Source of the DNA: Nitrospiraceae bacterium
GTDB taxonomy: Bacteria > Nitrospirota > Nitrospiria > Nitrospirales > Nitrospiraceae
DNA: 64,000 nucleotides
Assembly (NCBI GenBank): GCA_050246315.1
Contig: JBFWWG010000003.1
Coordinates: 288,001-352,000 of the forward strand
Direction: 5' to 3'
Positions 9,802 to 20,727 of this stretch are shown piece after piece; the stretch's first letter is position 1; the number at the start of each line of letters is the position of its first letter. The translations under genes and the position numbers were made by a program. The notes beneath the pieces were generated by a model. It searched no databases. It was given only the letters and a program-made list of their open reading frames with translations, and was not told the origin of the DNA.

Positions 9802-11391
9802 ATGAATCTCGCACAACCCCGTGCCCGCGCTCTCGCGGTGTTGGGAACGGCATCCGATGTTGGAAAGACCGCCGTCGCGGCAGGATTATGCCGTCTCCTG
9901 TCTCGCCAAGGCATCAGCGTCGCTCCGTTTAAGGCACAAAATATGGCGCTGAATTCGTTCGTGACGCCGGAGGGTGGGGAGATCGGACGGGCACAGGCGC
10001 TCCAGGCGCGAGCCTGTGGACTGGAACCGCATGTCGATATGAATCCGATTTTATTGAAGCCGGAATCCGACCGGCGCTCCCAAGTCATCATTCGAGGTCA
10101 GACGCTCCATTCACTGGAGGCACAGGCCTACTTCGACCGTCGAGACGACCTCTGGACGATCGTGCATGAAAGCTACGATCGGCTCGCCGAGAGCTACGAG
10201 GCGATCGTTATCGAAGGAGCCGGGAGCGCCGCGGAGGTGAACCTCCGCGAGCATGATTTGGTTAACTGGCGGATGGCCCACTGGGCCGACGCCCAAGTTT
10301 TCCTTGTGGCAGACATCGATCGCGGAGGCGTATTCGCGCAAGTCCTTGGCACGCTTGACCTGCTGACGCCGGACGAACGCCGTCGCGTGGTCGGTCTCCT
10401 CATCAACAAGTTTCGTGGAGACCCTCACCTGTTTTCCGATGGCGTAGAATACCTTGAATCCCGGACCGGGCTGCCCGTTTGGCTTATTCCGTTTCTCCGT
10501 GATGCCTATCTCGATCAGGAAGACAGTCTGGACTTGACGTCGACTCCGCAACGGACGTTTTCGGACTCCGCCGTCAATGTCGCCGTGGTCCTAGTCCCTC
10601 GCTTGAGTAACTTCACCGACTTCAATGCCCTCGCGCGCGAGGAAGATGTGCGGCTGCAATATGTCAGAACTCCCGAGGAGTTGGCCGCCGCCGACGTGGT
10701 CATCCTTCCAGGCACAAAAAATACCATTGCCGACCTCCAGTATCTGGCTAAGCGCGGGTTCGGACCCGTCTTGAAGACCTACGTGGACCGTGGAGGGGAG
10801 TTAATCGGCATTTGTGGCGGATACCAGATGATGAGTCGTGACATTCGTGATCCGGAGGGCCTCGAAGGCGGCGGCTCCTCCCAGGGCCTGAATTTCTTGA
10901 ATATCCGAGTCGAGTTGAGATCGCCGAAGATCTGCAGGCGCATCCGTGGACGAGTCTCAGCACTCGAAGGCCTGCGCGGCTGTGCAATCGAAGGGTACGA
11001 AATCCACATGGGACGGATCATCGGAGAGGCGAGGCCGCCCTGTTTTTCGCTCCACCGACCTGGGACTCAAGATGGGTCCGATGCCCTCGCTCCAGGCTCG
11101 GATGAGGACGAGGGGACATGGGCATTCGGAGGACGGGTATGGGGCACGAGTATCCATGGTCTGTTCGACCATCCATCGTTTCGTCGGGAATGGGTTAACC
11201 GTGCGAGGACCAGAAAGGGACTCCCGGCAGTGTCGCATCCTCCATACCCATCTCCATCCGCTGTTCTCGACAGCGCATTAGATCGATGGGCCGACCACCT
11301 TGAGCGCCACATGAACCTCGTGGCCATCATCAAAGACCTCGGGCGATCCGTCCAGAGCCGCACAGACCAGCCCAGGAAGGGGCAACGATGA
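9802..11391 (+). CDS. cobQ: Cobyric acid synthase
   Basis: GTASDVGKT, APFKAQNMALNS, IEGAGS.AEVNL, DIDRGG, SNFTDF, GICGGYQM, GYEIHMG, HGLF. Confidence 0.95.
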   Translation: MNLAQPRARALAVLGTASDVGKTAVAAGLCRLLSRQGISVAPFKAQNMALNSFVTPEGGEIGRAQALQARACGLEPHVDMNPILLKPESDRRSQVIIRGQTLHSLEAQAYFDRRDDLWTIVHESYDRLAESYEAIVIEGAGSAAEVNLREHDLVNWRMAHWADAQVFLVADIDRGGVFAQVLGTLDLLTPDERRRVVGLLINKFRGDPHLFSDGVEYLESRTGLPVWLIPFLRDAYLDQEDSLDLTSTPQRTFSDSAVNVAVVLVPRLSNFTDFNALAREEDVRLQYVRTPEELAAADVVILPGTKNTIADLQYLAKRGFGPVLKTYVDRGGELIGICGGYQMMSRDIRDPEGLEGGGSSQGLNFLNIRVELRSPKICRRIRGRVSALEGLRGCAIEGYEIHMGRIIGEARPPCFSLHRPGTQDGSDALAPGSDEDEGTWAFGGRVWGTSIHGLFDHPSFRREWVNRARTRKGLPAVSHPPYPSPSAVLDSALDRWADHLERHMNLVAIIKDLGRSVQSRTDQPRKGQR

Positions 11392-12005
11392 AGACGAAGA
11401 AGCAGGGCATGCGGATCACCAAAGTCTACACGCGCACCGGCGATAGAGGACAAACCAGACTGGCAGGAGGCCAACGGGTGTGGAAGGACAGCGCGAGGGT
11501 GGAAGCCTACGGGACAGTGGATGAGCTCAATTCGGTCATCGGGGTCGTCCGCGCCTGCACCCCTCTCAGTCAGGGGACTGATCCTGTATTGATAGTGGTG
11601 GACAGGGAGCTGGGATGGATTCAAAATAAATTGTTTGACCTCGGCGCGGTGCTGGCAACGGTGCCTGGGCAAACCTTCCCGAACATGCCCCGGATCTCTC
11701 AAGAGGATGTTGCCCGTCTGGAGCGACTCATCGACACCTGCCAGAAGGACTTGCCGCCGCTGAAAGAATTCGTGCTTCCAGGCGGCAGTCTCGTACCGAG
11801 TCTGCTCCATCTGGCTCGTACGATCTGCCGACGCGCCGAACGTCACGGTGTTCGTCTCTCCCGCAAAGAATCGGCCGAGAGCATGGCAATCACCTATCTC
11901 AATCGTCTGAGCGATGCCCTATTTGTCCTGGCCCGGTGGGTCACCCACTCCCGGGACGAATGCGAAGTCCTCTGGGATCGAAATCCGTCCTCCGGGACAC
12001 CGTAG
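11388..12005 (+). CDS. PduO-type ATP:cob(I)alamin adenosyltransferase
   Basis: KVYTRTGDRGQT, AYGTVDELNS, ARTICRRAER, YLNRLSD. Confidence 0.93.
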   Translation: MKTKKQGMRITKVYTRTGDRGQTRLAGGQRVWKDSARVEAYGTVDELNSVIGVVRACTPLSQGTDPVLIVVDRELGWIQNKLFDLGAVLATVPGQTFPNMPRISQEDVARLERLIDTCQKDLPPLKEFVLPGGSLVPSLLHLARTICRRAERHGVRLSRKESAESMAITYLNRLSDALFVLARWVTHSRDECEVLWDRNPSSGTP

Positions 12006-12433
12006 TTTCCCAGTCGAACCGTGGTCCGCTGTTTGCCTGGTCCCCTCGACTTCTGTCACCAGCACGAGGGGGTGCCAATCGCCGAGTCTTCCCTTCCAAT
12101 CACGCCCCTCATACACTCTCGCGGAACACCTTGAAGGGGATAAGGTGCAACTGAAGCGAGTGGTTCGGACGGAACTCCCCTGCGCGTCAGTTCAGCCCGG
12201 TCTTTGATCGCCTCTCCGCCATTTCCTCCGTCTCCGCCCAGATCTCATCTGATCGATGATCGGATCACCAAACGAACCTTTGCGCCATGATCCAATACTC
12301 GCATGTATTTGACAGATACGGATTATCTGATAATCAAGTCTAGGGACGTCGCTGTGCGTTGAACCCCATTACCACCGCTCCTTACCGCCTTGGCGCATGT
12401 CGTTGTCACCGTCGCTCTGTGAAGGAGGATGCC

Positions 12434-13168
12434 ATGATCACCCCCCGCTCAATGTTGTGTGCCTGTCTTATGGTCTGGGTCGCTGTCTTTGGGGCAGGCT
12501 CACAGTCGTGGGCAACTGACGAAGCCGAAACGAGCGAGTTGCTCATCAGGATGGTCAAGGCCGGGCGAGCGACCGTCTCCGAACACCAGGAACTCATCAA
12601 CAATGCCTCCAAGGGCAACAAGGGCTTTACCGGAGATTTCCTGGCGGAGCAGGTCATCATCCGATTCCGGAACCAAACCAAGATCGACCTGACGCGCCCC
12701 ACCAATCTACCGCAAGCCAATATCCTGTTGAGCCTCCTCGATGCCGAACGGGAGGTCGTTGACGAAGCACAGATCGTCCTGAACAAGCAGGGCGTCGGAT
12801 TCAAGGGTTTTGTTCCCGCTGTCTTTGCGCGTAAGACCGGGGAACGGTTCTATCGAAAGACCGGCATCCGCATCAAATTGACCGGTTTCGACTATCGCAA
12901 CCCGAATAATCGTCCGGATGAATTCGAGTCGGAGGTGCTTAAGTTGTTCTCCGACACCCGACATCCGAAAGGACAACCCTATGCCAAGGCGACGATGATG
13001 AACGGCAAGCCGGTTTACCGACTGATGGACCCGGAATACGCCGGCCCATCGTGTCTGTCCTGCCACGGGAATCCAAAAGGCGAGCGGGACATCACCGGTA
13101 TGCGCAAGGAAGGATGGAAGGAAGGAGAACTCGCAGGCGCACTGAGCATCGTCTATCCCATGAGATAG
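12434..13168 (+). CDS. Periplasmic Tll0287-like/DUF3365 c-type heme protein
   Basis: Signal peptide, RNPNNRPD, CLSCHG, GELAGALSI; RBS AAGGAGG. Confidence 0.8.
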   Translation: MITPRSMLCACLMVWVAVFGAGSQSWATDEAETSELLIRMVKAGRATVSEHQELINNASKGNKGFTGDFLAEQVIIRFRNQTKIDLTRPTNLPQANILLSLLDAEREVVDEAQIVLNKQGVGFKGFVPAVFARKTGERFYRKTGIRIKLTGFDYRNPNNRPDEFESEVLKLFSDTRHPKGQPYAKATMMNGKPVYRLMDPEYAGPSCLSCHGNPKGERDITGMRKEGWKEGELAGALSIVYPMR

Positions 13169-13237
13169 ACGAGCCCCCCGGCTGACATCCGCTGGGCACC
13201 TCATGCTCTAACCCCATGTTTCACGAAGGAGGCATTC

Positions 13238-13600
13238 ATGAGCAAGATCGTAGTCTGTGACGACTCCTATTCCGAATTACAAATCATTGAAGGGTATCTG
13301 AAGGCAGCGAATCACACCGTGGTTACGTATCCCAATTCGGATAAGCTGGAGGATAAGCTCGTAACGGAGAAACCGGATCTGGTGATCCTCGATGTGGTCA
13401 TGCCTGGCCGGAACGGCTTCCAGGCCTGCCGCGACTTGAAGAGCGACGACCGGTTCAAACACATTCCTGTCGTGCTCTGCACCTCCAAAGGGCAGGACAG
13501 CGATAAGTTTTGGGGCGAACAACAGGGCGCCAACGGGTATGTCGTGAAGCCCTTCAAAGCGGAAGAACTCCTGGCCGCCGTGAAACGGGCAATACATTGA
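13238..13600 (+). CDS. Single-domain response regulator (PilH/CheY-like)
   Basis: CDDS, ILDVVMPGRNGFQACR, TSKGQDSDKFWG..QGA, KPF. Confidence 0.9.
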   Translation: MSKIVVCDDSYSELQIIEGYLKAANHTVVTYPNSDKLEDKLVTEKPDLVILDVVMPGRNGFQACRDLKSDDRFKHIPVVLCTSKGQDSDKFWGEQQGANGYVVKPFKAEELLAAVKRAIH

Positions 13601-13656
13601 CCGTTGACGACAGAGCCCGCCGCCCCGCGACAACACATGATCGGCCTTGACCAACC

Positions 13657-14139
13657 ATGATACAGCTAGCCGTCCCCGTTCTGTCTCCGACGACCGCCGC
13701 CGCGTCCACGCACACCTTCCGCGCCTGTCTCTTCGCAATCGCGGGTGAGTTGCTCGCTATCGATTTGCGATATGTGAGGGAGGTGTTTCCTATCGAGTCG
13801 GTAACTCCCGTCCCGAAGATGCCGTCTGTTCTAGTCGGTGTGGCGAACCTGCGGGGCACCGTCATGCCGCTGGTCGACATACGACCGGCGCTAGGACTGC
13901 TACCTCCTTCCATTCCCCAGAAACTGGCCGTGGTGATCAGGCATGGTCCTCAACAAGCCGGGCTCTTGATCGACCATGTGCCGGAGATTCGCACCGTGTC
14001 GGCAGACGCACTGCTCACGCCACCGGCACAACCCGACCGAATCGCACAGCCGTTCATTGCCGCGCTGCTCCCGATTGACGGCAAGATGGGTGGACTCATT
14101 GAAGTCCCCACGCTGCTCTCGATCATCGAGCGAGGTTAG
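13657..14139 (+). CDS. cheW: CheW-like coupling protein
   Basis: VREV..VTPVP..LVGVANLRG.VMPLVD motif. Confidence 0.88.
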   Translation: MIQLAVPVLSPTTAAASTHTFRACLFAIAGELLAIDLRYVREVFPIESVTPVPKMPSVLVGVANLRGTVMPLVDIRPALGLLPPSIPQKLAVVIRHGPQQAGLLIDHVPEIRTVSADALLTPPAQPDRIAQPFIAALLPIDGKMGGLIEVPTLLSIIERG

Positions 14140-14238
14140 GTCGTTACCTATGCCCATGGGCATCACATTCATCCCCTCCGTTGAGCTCCAAAACCAAGTT
14201 TTTCAATACAAGCCGTGTCGTCGCAAGAGGAGGCAGTC

Positions 14239-16125
14239 ATGAAAAGGAGCAAGGGCGTCGGTCTGGACTCCATGAGCTGGTTTCGCGACCTGCGCACGGA
14301 AGCGAAACTGATCGTGGGATTCGGCTTGGTCAGTTTCATCATCTTGTTCGTCGCGGGGTTGGGATTCTTCAAACTCCGCCAATTGGCCGGTCAATCACAG
14401 GTGACCTATGTCGATTACGTCGTACCGCTCGCGGACTTCTCGGAAATGGGAACCTCGCTGACCGACCACCATCAGATTCTGCTTCAGATGGCTTCGGCAG
14501 CACGCAAAAGCGATGTGGAAGCGGACGCGACTAAACTCGCGAAACATGAAGACATCGTGATGAGGGTGCTACACGAATACGAATCGACGACCTTGCGCGT
14601 TTCGCGCTCCGGACGGGATGAGGCGGCCAATCTCGCGCAGCTCAAGCCAGCTCTCACACGCTACTTCACGGAGGCCAAAAACTCTACACAGGCCTATGTG
14701 GATAGTTTCGATCGGACCCTCTCGTCCGAACAGACTCAACAGCTGCGTGACCTCGGTATCTTAGCGTTGACCGTGAACCTGACGCCCATCTTCGATCAGG
14801 CAGTCCTTCGCCACAGCGAGCAGGTCACGACCATGAAGGACATCGCCAAGGACCTCAACGAGGAGGCCAACGCTATCGCCAAGAATGGGGAACAGTTGCT
14901 CCTCATCGGTGGTGCGCTGGCCGTCGCCCTCGGCTTGTGGTTCGGCTACCGCTTGGCTCGCTTCTTTTCCCGGAACGTGATTCACATCGCGGAGGTCGCC
15001 ACTCAGGCCGCCGGCGGAAACTTCCAGGCGCGGGCCAAGGTCGAGAGTCACGACGAGTTCGGTCAGATGGCAAAGGCCTTTAACGCCATGTTGGACCGGT
15101 TGACTACTCTGCTGCAAACGGAAGAAGAGCGCGACACCATGCAAAAACGGCTCATGGCCTTCCTTGTCATGGTCTCCGAAATCGGGAAAGGCGACCTGAC
15201 CAAACGAGGCGAAGTCACGGCCGACATGTTCGGGAACCTCGCCGACGGGTTGAATTTGATGCTGGCTCGGTTCGGCAAATTGCTCGGCCAGGTGCGGGAA
15301 GCGGCCGAACGAGTCAATCGCTCCGCCGGGTCTTTACGCGATACGGCCTCCCAAATGTCCGGAACCGCCAAGCACCAAGCCGAGGAGTCCGTGCGCACCC
15401 TGGGCGCGGTGGAGATGCTGACATCCTCAATGCGCCAGGTGGCGGATACGGCGTCTGCCTCCTCGGAGAGCGCCAAACAGGTGTTGTCCGCCACCGAGAA
15501 AGGTCGGCAAGCCGTACAGGAAACAGTACAAGATATGCAAAACATCCGCGCCGCCGTGCAGCGAATGTCCAAGCAAGTTAAGGCGCTAGGGGACCGCTCA
15601 TTGGAGATTTCGCAGATCGTGTCCACCATTCGAGACATCGCGTCACAGACGAACCTGCTCGCCTTGAATGCCGCGATCGAGGCGGCCGGTGCGGGCGAAG
15701 CGGGCGCCCGTTTTGCGGTCGTCGCCGACCAGGTCCGCAAGCTGGCAGAAAGCTCCACACAAGCCACACGTGAAATCACGGAGTTAGTCAAGGGCATCCA
15801 GTCTGAAACGCAGGACGCCGTGGTGTCCATGGAACACGAAACCCAGGCTGTGGAAGCCGGCTCGCAATCAGCGTTGAAAACGGGTGAGGTGTTCTCGGAA
15901 ATTTCGGACATCGCCAAGCGATCGGCCGAGTTGGCCGTTGCGATCGCGACATCCGCCACCGAGCAGACCAGTTCCACCGAACGCGTGGGGCGTTCGCTCA
16001 AAGACTTCACGGGCGGCGCCGTGGCAACGCAAAAAGCGACGGATACGACCCGGCAAACCATCGAAGAAATGGCCAAACTCGCTGAAGGTCTGACTGCGCA
16101 AGTCAGCCAGTTCAAGCTCGCGTAG
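14239..16125 (+). CDS. Methyl-accepting chemotaxis protein (PilJ-like)
   Basis: Two TM segments, HAMP domains, [36 protein letters not shown] signalling hairpin. Confidence 0.95.
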   Translation: MKRSKGVGLDSMSWFRDLRTEAKLIVGFGLVSFIILFVAGLGFFKLRQLAGQSQVTYVDYVVPLADFSEMGTSLTDHHQILLQMASAARKSDVEADATKLAKHEDIVMRVLHEYESTTLRVSRSGRDEAANLAQLKPALTRYFTEAKNSTQAYVDSFDRTLSSEQTQQLRDLGILALTVNLTPIFDQAVLRHSEQVTTMKDIAKDLNEEANAIAKNGEQLLLIGGALAVALGLWFGYRLARFFSRNVIHIAEVATQAAGGNFQARAKVESHDEFGQMAKAFNAMLDRLTTLLQTEEERDTMQKRLMAFLVMVSEIGKGDLTKRGEVTADMFGNLADGLNLMLARFGKLLGQVREAAERVNRSAGSLRDTASQMSGTAKHQAEESVRTLGAVEMLTSSMRQVADTASASSESAKQVLSATEKGRQAVQETVQDMQNIRAAVQRMSKQVKALGDRSLEISQIVSTIRDIASQTNLLALNAAIEAAGAGEAGARFAVVADQVRKLAESSTQATREITELVKGIQSETQDAVVSMEHETQAVEAGSQSALKTGEVFSEISDIAKRSAELAVAIATSATEQTSSTERVGRSLKDFTGGAVATQKATDTTRQTIEEMAKLAEGLTAQVSQFKLA

Positions 16126-16176
16126 CAGGACTGGCGTGAGCCGGTATTCGACCACGAATCAGGAGACTGTGCTCTT

Positions 16177-19100
16177 ATGAGCAGCGAGTTCGATAAGAAT
16201 CAACTCGTCGACATCTTTGTCGCTGAATCCAGCGATGCCGTGTCCAGCATGCAGGCAGCGCTGAATCCAGCCGATCAGTCCCTGCCAAGCCCCCAGGCGG
16301 CCCACGAACAGAAGACCCTGGCTCACCGGACAAAAGGGGCGGCGCTGCTCTATGAGTTTCCCACGCTCGGCAAGCTCTGCGACATGCTGGAGCATATCCT
16401 CGAACGGACCACCGATTTCTCAAGTTCGGACTGGCCGCGTATTGTGAGAACGCTCCGTGCGCTGGTGGACGCGGCACATGTGCAGATCAACAGTATCGCC
16501 CATAGCCACCAGGAATTGCCTGATTCGTTGACGGCAATCGAGACCGAGTATGCCGAGGTCTTGATGCTGCTAAAGGCGACGGAGCAGCCCTCTCAGGCCG
16601 ACCCCCTTGATGCATCGTACCTCATGCCGACCATAGACAACGAAGTCATGTCCTACTTCCTTCCGGAGATGGAAGAGCACTTGGCTCGAATTCAGAGTCA
16701 TTTGGAGCATCTCTCCGCCAACCCTGACGACCCGGATCGTGTCCATCAGTTGTTCCGCTCCATCCACACGGTCAAAGGGTCTTCCCATACCGTCGGGTTT
16801 ACGGTCATCGGCGATGTCGTCCTTCCCATCGAGGAGCGGTTGGGCAAAACCCGGGATGATCGCAGCGCCATTTCTGCACACTTGCTGGAGTTGACGGCGG
16901 AGACCGTGCGCGTGGTTCGGCAACTGCTTGCCAGGGAGCCTCTCCAGCTTGATTCGCTCCAATGCTCCGTGCCGGCCCTCATGTCGAGGCTCCAGGCACC
17001 GGGACCGGCCAGCATGCTAGAGTCCGGCCTCACGCGGCAGACCGAATCTCAAACATCCATGACGTCATGCGGTACTGTCGTTACTGCTCAGAACGCCGCC
17101 TCTGTTGTCGAATCGACTCATCACCCTGAGGAACTGACCCTCGGGTATTTGTTTCCCAGACTCGACCCGGAGGTGCTCTCCTATTTTGTCCCTGAGGCTC
17201 AGGAACATCTCGATACACTTGAGGCCCTGCTGCTGAAACTGGAGAAGACACCAGACAACAGGGAATTGATCCATCAGTTGTTCCGAAGCGCCCACACGCT
17301 CAAAGGCTCCGCCCTGACAGTGGGCTTCACCTCCATCGGCGACCTTGTCCATTATGTGGAAGACCTCATGGGCGCGTTACGGGAGGGGCGAGGGAGGCTC
17401 CTTGCCGGGATAACAGACCTCATTTTGCGATCCATCGACGTCGTCCGCCTTCTCATGCGTCGCGACCCTTCAGCTTTGCCACAGGTCCGCGAACGGTTCC
17501 GCACCGTCGCCAAGGAACTCCAAGGCGTCGCTACGTCCGGCTCCGCTTCGGGAACAGTGGCGTCGGCGCAGGCGACATCGCCGGCTGAGCAAACCGCACC
17601 GCTCACGCCAGATGGGCGGGAGGTGCCGCAGTCTGAGGAGGCCACTGGATCACAGGGACACGACGTCATCCGTGTCAATCGGGAACGATTGGAGCGTTTA
17701 CTGAACTTGGTGGGCGAGCTGGTGATTGGAAGAGGACGCCTTGAACAGCGGTTGCTCGTCTTAGAGCATCTGTCAAACCAGGTCCAATCCTTCAAAGGCA
17801 AGATGTTAGACACGGTCAGGAGTTTCGAGGAAAAGCATTCGTTCACCCTTCCAGCCACAACCCCCTCCGCCGATGCTCCGTCAAGCGCGGCTCACGTTCC
17901 AGGTTTGCAGGACTTTGGCGCATTGGAGTTCGATAAGTATGACGACTTCAATATCCTTGCGCGGCGCATTTCGGAAGTGACCGCCGATGTCACGGAAGCA
18001 ATGGCGCAACTCTCCGGGTCCATCCGTCACGCGCGCGAGGACATGAGCCAACTCCAACACCTCACGCTCGGTATGAGAGACGAAATCGCCCGGGCCCGAA
18101 TGGTAGCCATCGGAACCCCGTTCACACGCTTCCGCCGAGCCGTTCGAGAGATGGCTCGTGCCACCGGAAAGGAGGTGACCTTGGTCACGTCCGGCGAGCA
18201 TACTGAGGTGGACACCGGGATCGTCGAACGTTTGGTCGAGCCGCTCGTCCACCTGGTTCGCAACGCGGTGTATCATGGCATCGAGCCGACCGGCGTCCGG
18301 GTCACGCAATGTAAGCCTGCTGTCGGGACCGTCTACTTGCATGCTGCCCATCGAGGCAACGCCGTGATCATCGAAGTTGAGGACGACGGAGCGGGGATTG
18401 ATACGGAGAAGGTCAAAGCGAAAGCCGTCGCCAAAGGACTCGTCTCCGCGTCGTTGGCGAAAACCATGCCCGAATCGGAGGCCATGAAGCTGATTTTTGT
18501 GCCCGGTTTCTCAACGGCTGACGAGGTGGGAGACCAAGCCGGACGTGGCGTCGGACTGGATGCCGTCAAGAAGGTGATCGAAAGCATGAACGGATTCGTC
18601 GATATCGAAACGGCAAGGGGAGTCGGCACGAAATTCACATTGAGTCTTCCGCTGACACTCCTGATCGCCACCGCATTGATCGTGCGCGCCGGCGCTCAAC
18701 GCTATGCCATCCCGTTGCCGAGTGTCCGCGAGGTCACAATTCCCACACGAGACTCGTTGCAACGAGTTGCATCGGACTTGGTTCTGCAGGTCGGGAGAGA
18801 GGCCATTCCCGTGCGATCGCTCACGCATGCCCTGAGCGGAGTCTCCACCGAGGTTCCGGAGCTGTCGCCCATTGTCATCGTCCGGGCGCCCAACGGCTCG
18901 TTGGGCCTCGCCGTTGATGAATTGTTGGGCCGCCAGGAAATCGTCGTCAAGTCGCTCGGCTCCCTCAAAGTGCTCGAACGATCCGCCTTCGGTGGTGCCT
19001 CGATCGATCCAGAAGGACGCGTGATCTTGGTCGTGGACATCACCAAAATTGGGCAAACGGACCGAGCCACCGCGCTTGCAACGGTGGACCCAGCCGAACC

Positions 19101-19545
19101 GCTCCACCTAAGCGACCAGCCCTCGTCATCCGGCGCAACCGTCCAGGATGAGCCCTCTACCGGCCCATCCATTCTCTTGATCGACGATTCGCTCAGCATC
19201 CGAAAGTTCGTCGCACGGATGCTGGAAAGCGCCGGCTATGCGGTCGAGACTGCGGTAGACGGGGAGGACGGTCTTCGCAAGGCCGCCGCCAATCGTTATC
19301 GCCTCGTCATCACCGATCTGGAGATGCCCAAACTCAACGGATACGAAGTAATTCAAGCGCTGAGGAGTCGGGCTCAAACCCAGACGCTCCCCATCGTGGT
19401 GATGACCACGAGAGCCGGAGACAAACATCGCCAACTGGCATTGAACATCGGAGCCAGCGGGTACATCGCCAAGCCAGTCGAAGAGCGGGCGCTGATTGCT
19501 GAGGTCGAACGCTGGGTGCAACTGCCTAGCTCGACACGGACGTAA
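16177..19545 (+). CDS. cheA: Hybrid CheA/ChpA-like histidine kinase (3 Hpt, HATPase, CheW, REC)
   Basis: AHRTKG, IHTVKGS, AHTLKGS; HLVRNAVYHGIE, DDGAGID, PGFST, GRGVGLD; C-terminal IDDS...TDLEMP receiver. Confidence 0.93.
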   Translation: MSSEFDKNQLVDIFVAESSDAVSSMQAALNPADQSLPSPQAAHEQKTLAHRTKGAALLYEFPTLGKLCDMLEHILERTTDFSSSDWPRIVRTLRALVDAAHVQINSIAHSHQELPDSLTAIETEYAEVLMLLKATEQPSQADPLDASYLMPTIDNEVMSYFLPEMEEHLARIQSHLEHLSANPDDPDRVHQLFRSIHTVKGSSHTVGFTVIGDVVLPIEERLGKTRDDRSAISAHLLELTAETVRVVRQLLAREPLQLDSLQCSVPALMSRLQAPGPASMLESGLTRQTESQTSMTSCGTVVTAQNAASVVESTHHPEELTLGYLFPRLDPEVLSYFVPEAQEHLDTLEALLLKLEKTPDNRELIHQLFRSAHTLKGSALTVGFTSIGDLVHYVEDLMGALREGRGRLLAGITDLILRSIDVVRLLMRRDPSALPQVRERFRTVAKELQGVATSGSASGTVASAQATSPAEQTAPLTPDGREVPQSEEATGSQGHDVIRVNRERLERLLNLVGELVIGRGRLEQRLLVLEHLSNQVQSFKGKMLDTVRSFEEKHSFTLPATTPSADAPSSAAHVPGLQDFGALEFDKYDDFNILARRISEVTADVTEAMAQLSGSIRHAREDMSQLQHLTLGMRDEIARARMVAIGTPFTRFRRAVREMARATGKEVTLVTSGEHTEVDTGIVERLVEPLVHLVRNAVYHGIEPTGVRVTQCKPAVGTVYLHAAHRGNAVIIEVEDDGAGIDTEKVKAKAVAKGLVSASLAKTMPESEAMKLIFVPGFSTADEVGDQAGRGVGLDAVKKVIESMNGFVDIETARGVGTKFTLSLPLTLLIATALIVRAGAQRYAIPLPSVREVTIPTRDSLQRVASDLVLQVGREAIPVRSLTHALSGVSTEVPELSPIVIVRAPNGSLGLAVDELLGRQEIVVKSLGSLKVLERSAFGGASIDPEGRVILVVDITKIGQTDRATALATVDPAEPLHLSDQPSSSGATVQDEPSTGPSILLIDDSLSIRKFVARMLESAGYAVETAVDGEDGLRKAAANRYRLVITDLEMPKLNGYEVIQALRSRAQTQTLPIVVMTTRAGDKHRQLALNIGASGYIAKPVEERALIAEVERWVQLPSSTRT

Positions 19546-19578
19546 GGGAGACGGGCGCCCGTCGCGCTCGCAAACGAC

Positions 19579-20055
19579 ATGGCGTTTCGTCAACGTGTGG
19601 TCGCCGCCACGGTCGATTCCCAAAACGCACGCTTCCTGCTCGTTCGTCTTCACCGCACGTATCTGGCTATTTGGGCGGAATGCGTGCGCGGGGTCTTCAC
19701 CGAGCGGGAGTTTGACGCGAGACTGGAGATCGTATTGCTCGGAGAGCGATACACACCAATGAATCTGGCCGCGCGATTCCGGTTGCCGGACCCTGGTCGA
19801 ACCTCGGATACTCGCACGGTGCTGTACAGTCGGGATCGATGGGGTTGCGCCAGCTCCGTGGATCAGGTCATCGGATTGATCGATATTCGTCGCGAACACA
19901 TTCTGCCACTACCGCGAGTGTTCAGCGGCGAAGAACGAGTCTGGTTCCGGGGACTGTTTCTGTTCCAGGATTCGGTCGCTCTCCTGGTTAACCCGGATTG
20001 GCTCGTTCAAGAGGATCAATCCGGCCGGCGATTGGTCAATGCGATCGGCTCCTAA
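19579..20055 (+). CDS. Divergent CheW-like protein
   Basis: VDQVIGLIDI...ILPLP...FRGLF...VALLVNPD pattern; position in the che cluster. Confidence 0.6.
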   Translation: MAFRQRVVAATVDSQNARFLLVRLHRTYLAIWAECVRGVFTEREFDARLEIVLLGERYTPMNLAARFRLPDPGRTSDTRTVLYSRDRWGCASSVDQVIGLIDIRREHILPLPRVFSGEERVWFRGLFLFQDSVALLVNPDWLVQEDQSGRRLVNAIGS

Positions 20056-20235
20056 GACGCCACACGTTGGACCCATTGCATGGCGAAAGGCAACGGCTCG
20101 CATGACGGTGGCAGTAGGAGCGGACGTGAATAATGTGTGCTAGAGGCACGGTCTCCTTCGGCAGTATGAACCGGACGGTGAATGCTCGGGCGCTCCTCCG
20201 CCGACTCTCTTCACGATCTATGAGATGGACCCGAT

Positions 20236-20691
20236 ATGCTCAGACACGTCAATCAGGCGAGTAGACCAGCCTCGGTAGCCCCCACCTTCCAACTCCTGGT
20301 ATTCCGTATCGGGGGGCAAACCTTTGGCGCGCGAGCGGAGGAGGTCAACGGGGTTCAGGCCTGGCCGGCGACCATGCCGGTCCCCAGCTCCACGCGGTTC
20401 ATTACCGCCGTGGCCCGCCAGCACGACGATGTCTTGCCCGTGTACGACCTGGCCGCGCAGCTTTCCCTCTCAATTCGGGATTCGGCTCCACTGGCCTTGT
20501 TGGTAAAGCATGCGCAGGGACCGCTGATCGTCCGGATTGATTCTGAAATTCCTTCGCTGGAAACGGTCGGGACTGATATGATTCGACCTGCGTCCGGCCT
20601 CTATCCCGGGGTATGGCAGGTCTGTCAGGTAGCTCATCTTGAGGTGCCGATGCTGTCACTCAGGACACTTGGTACAACACAGGGAGTGTGA
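20236..20691 (+). CDS. Divergent CheW-like protein
   Basis: LLVFRIGGQTFG..EEV...VP...VLPVYDLA pattern. Confidence 0.7.
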   Translation: MLRHVNQASRPASVAPTFQLLVFRIGGQTFGARAEEVNGVQAWPATMPVPSSTRFITAVARQHDDVLPVYDLAAQLSLSIRDSAPLALLVKHAQGPLIVRIDSEIPSLETVGTDMIRPASGLYPGVWQVCQVAHLEVPMLSLRTLGTTQGV

Positions 20692-20727
20692 CCGCATGAG
20701 CGTCTGCTCTAGACCAGGGAGAGCCCT

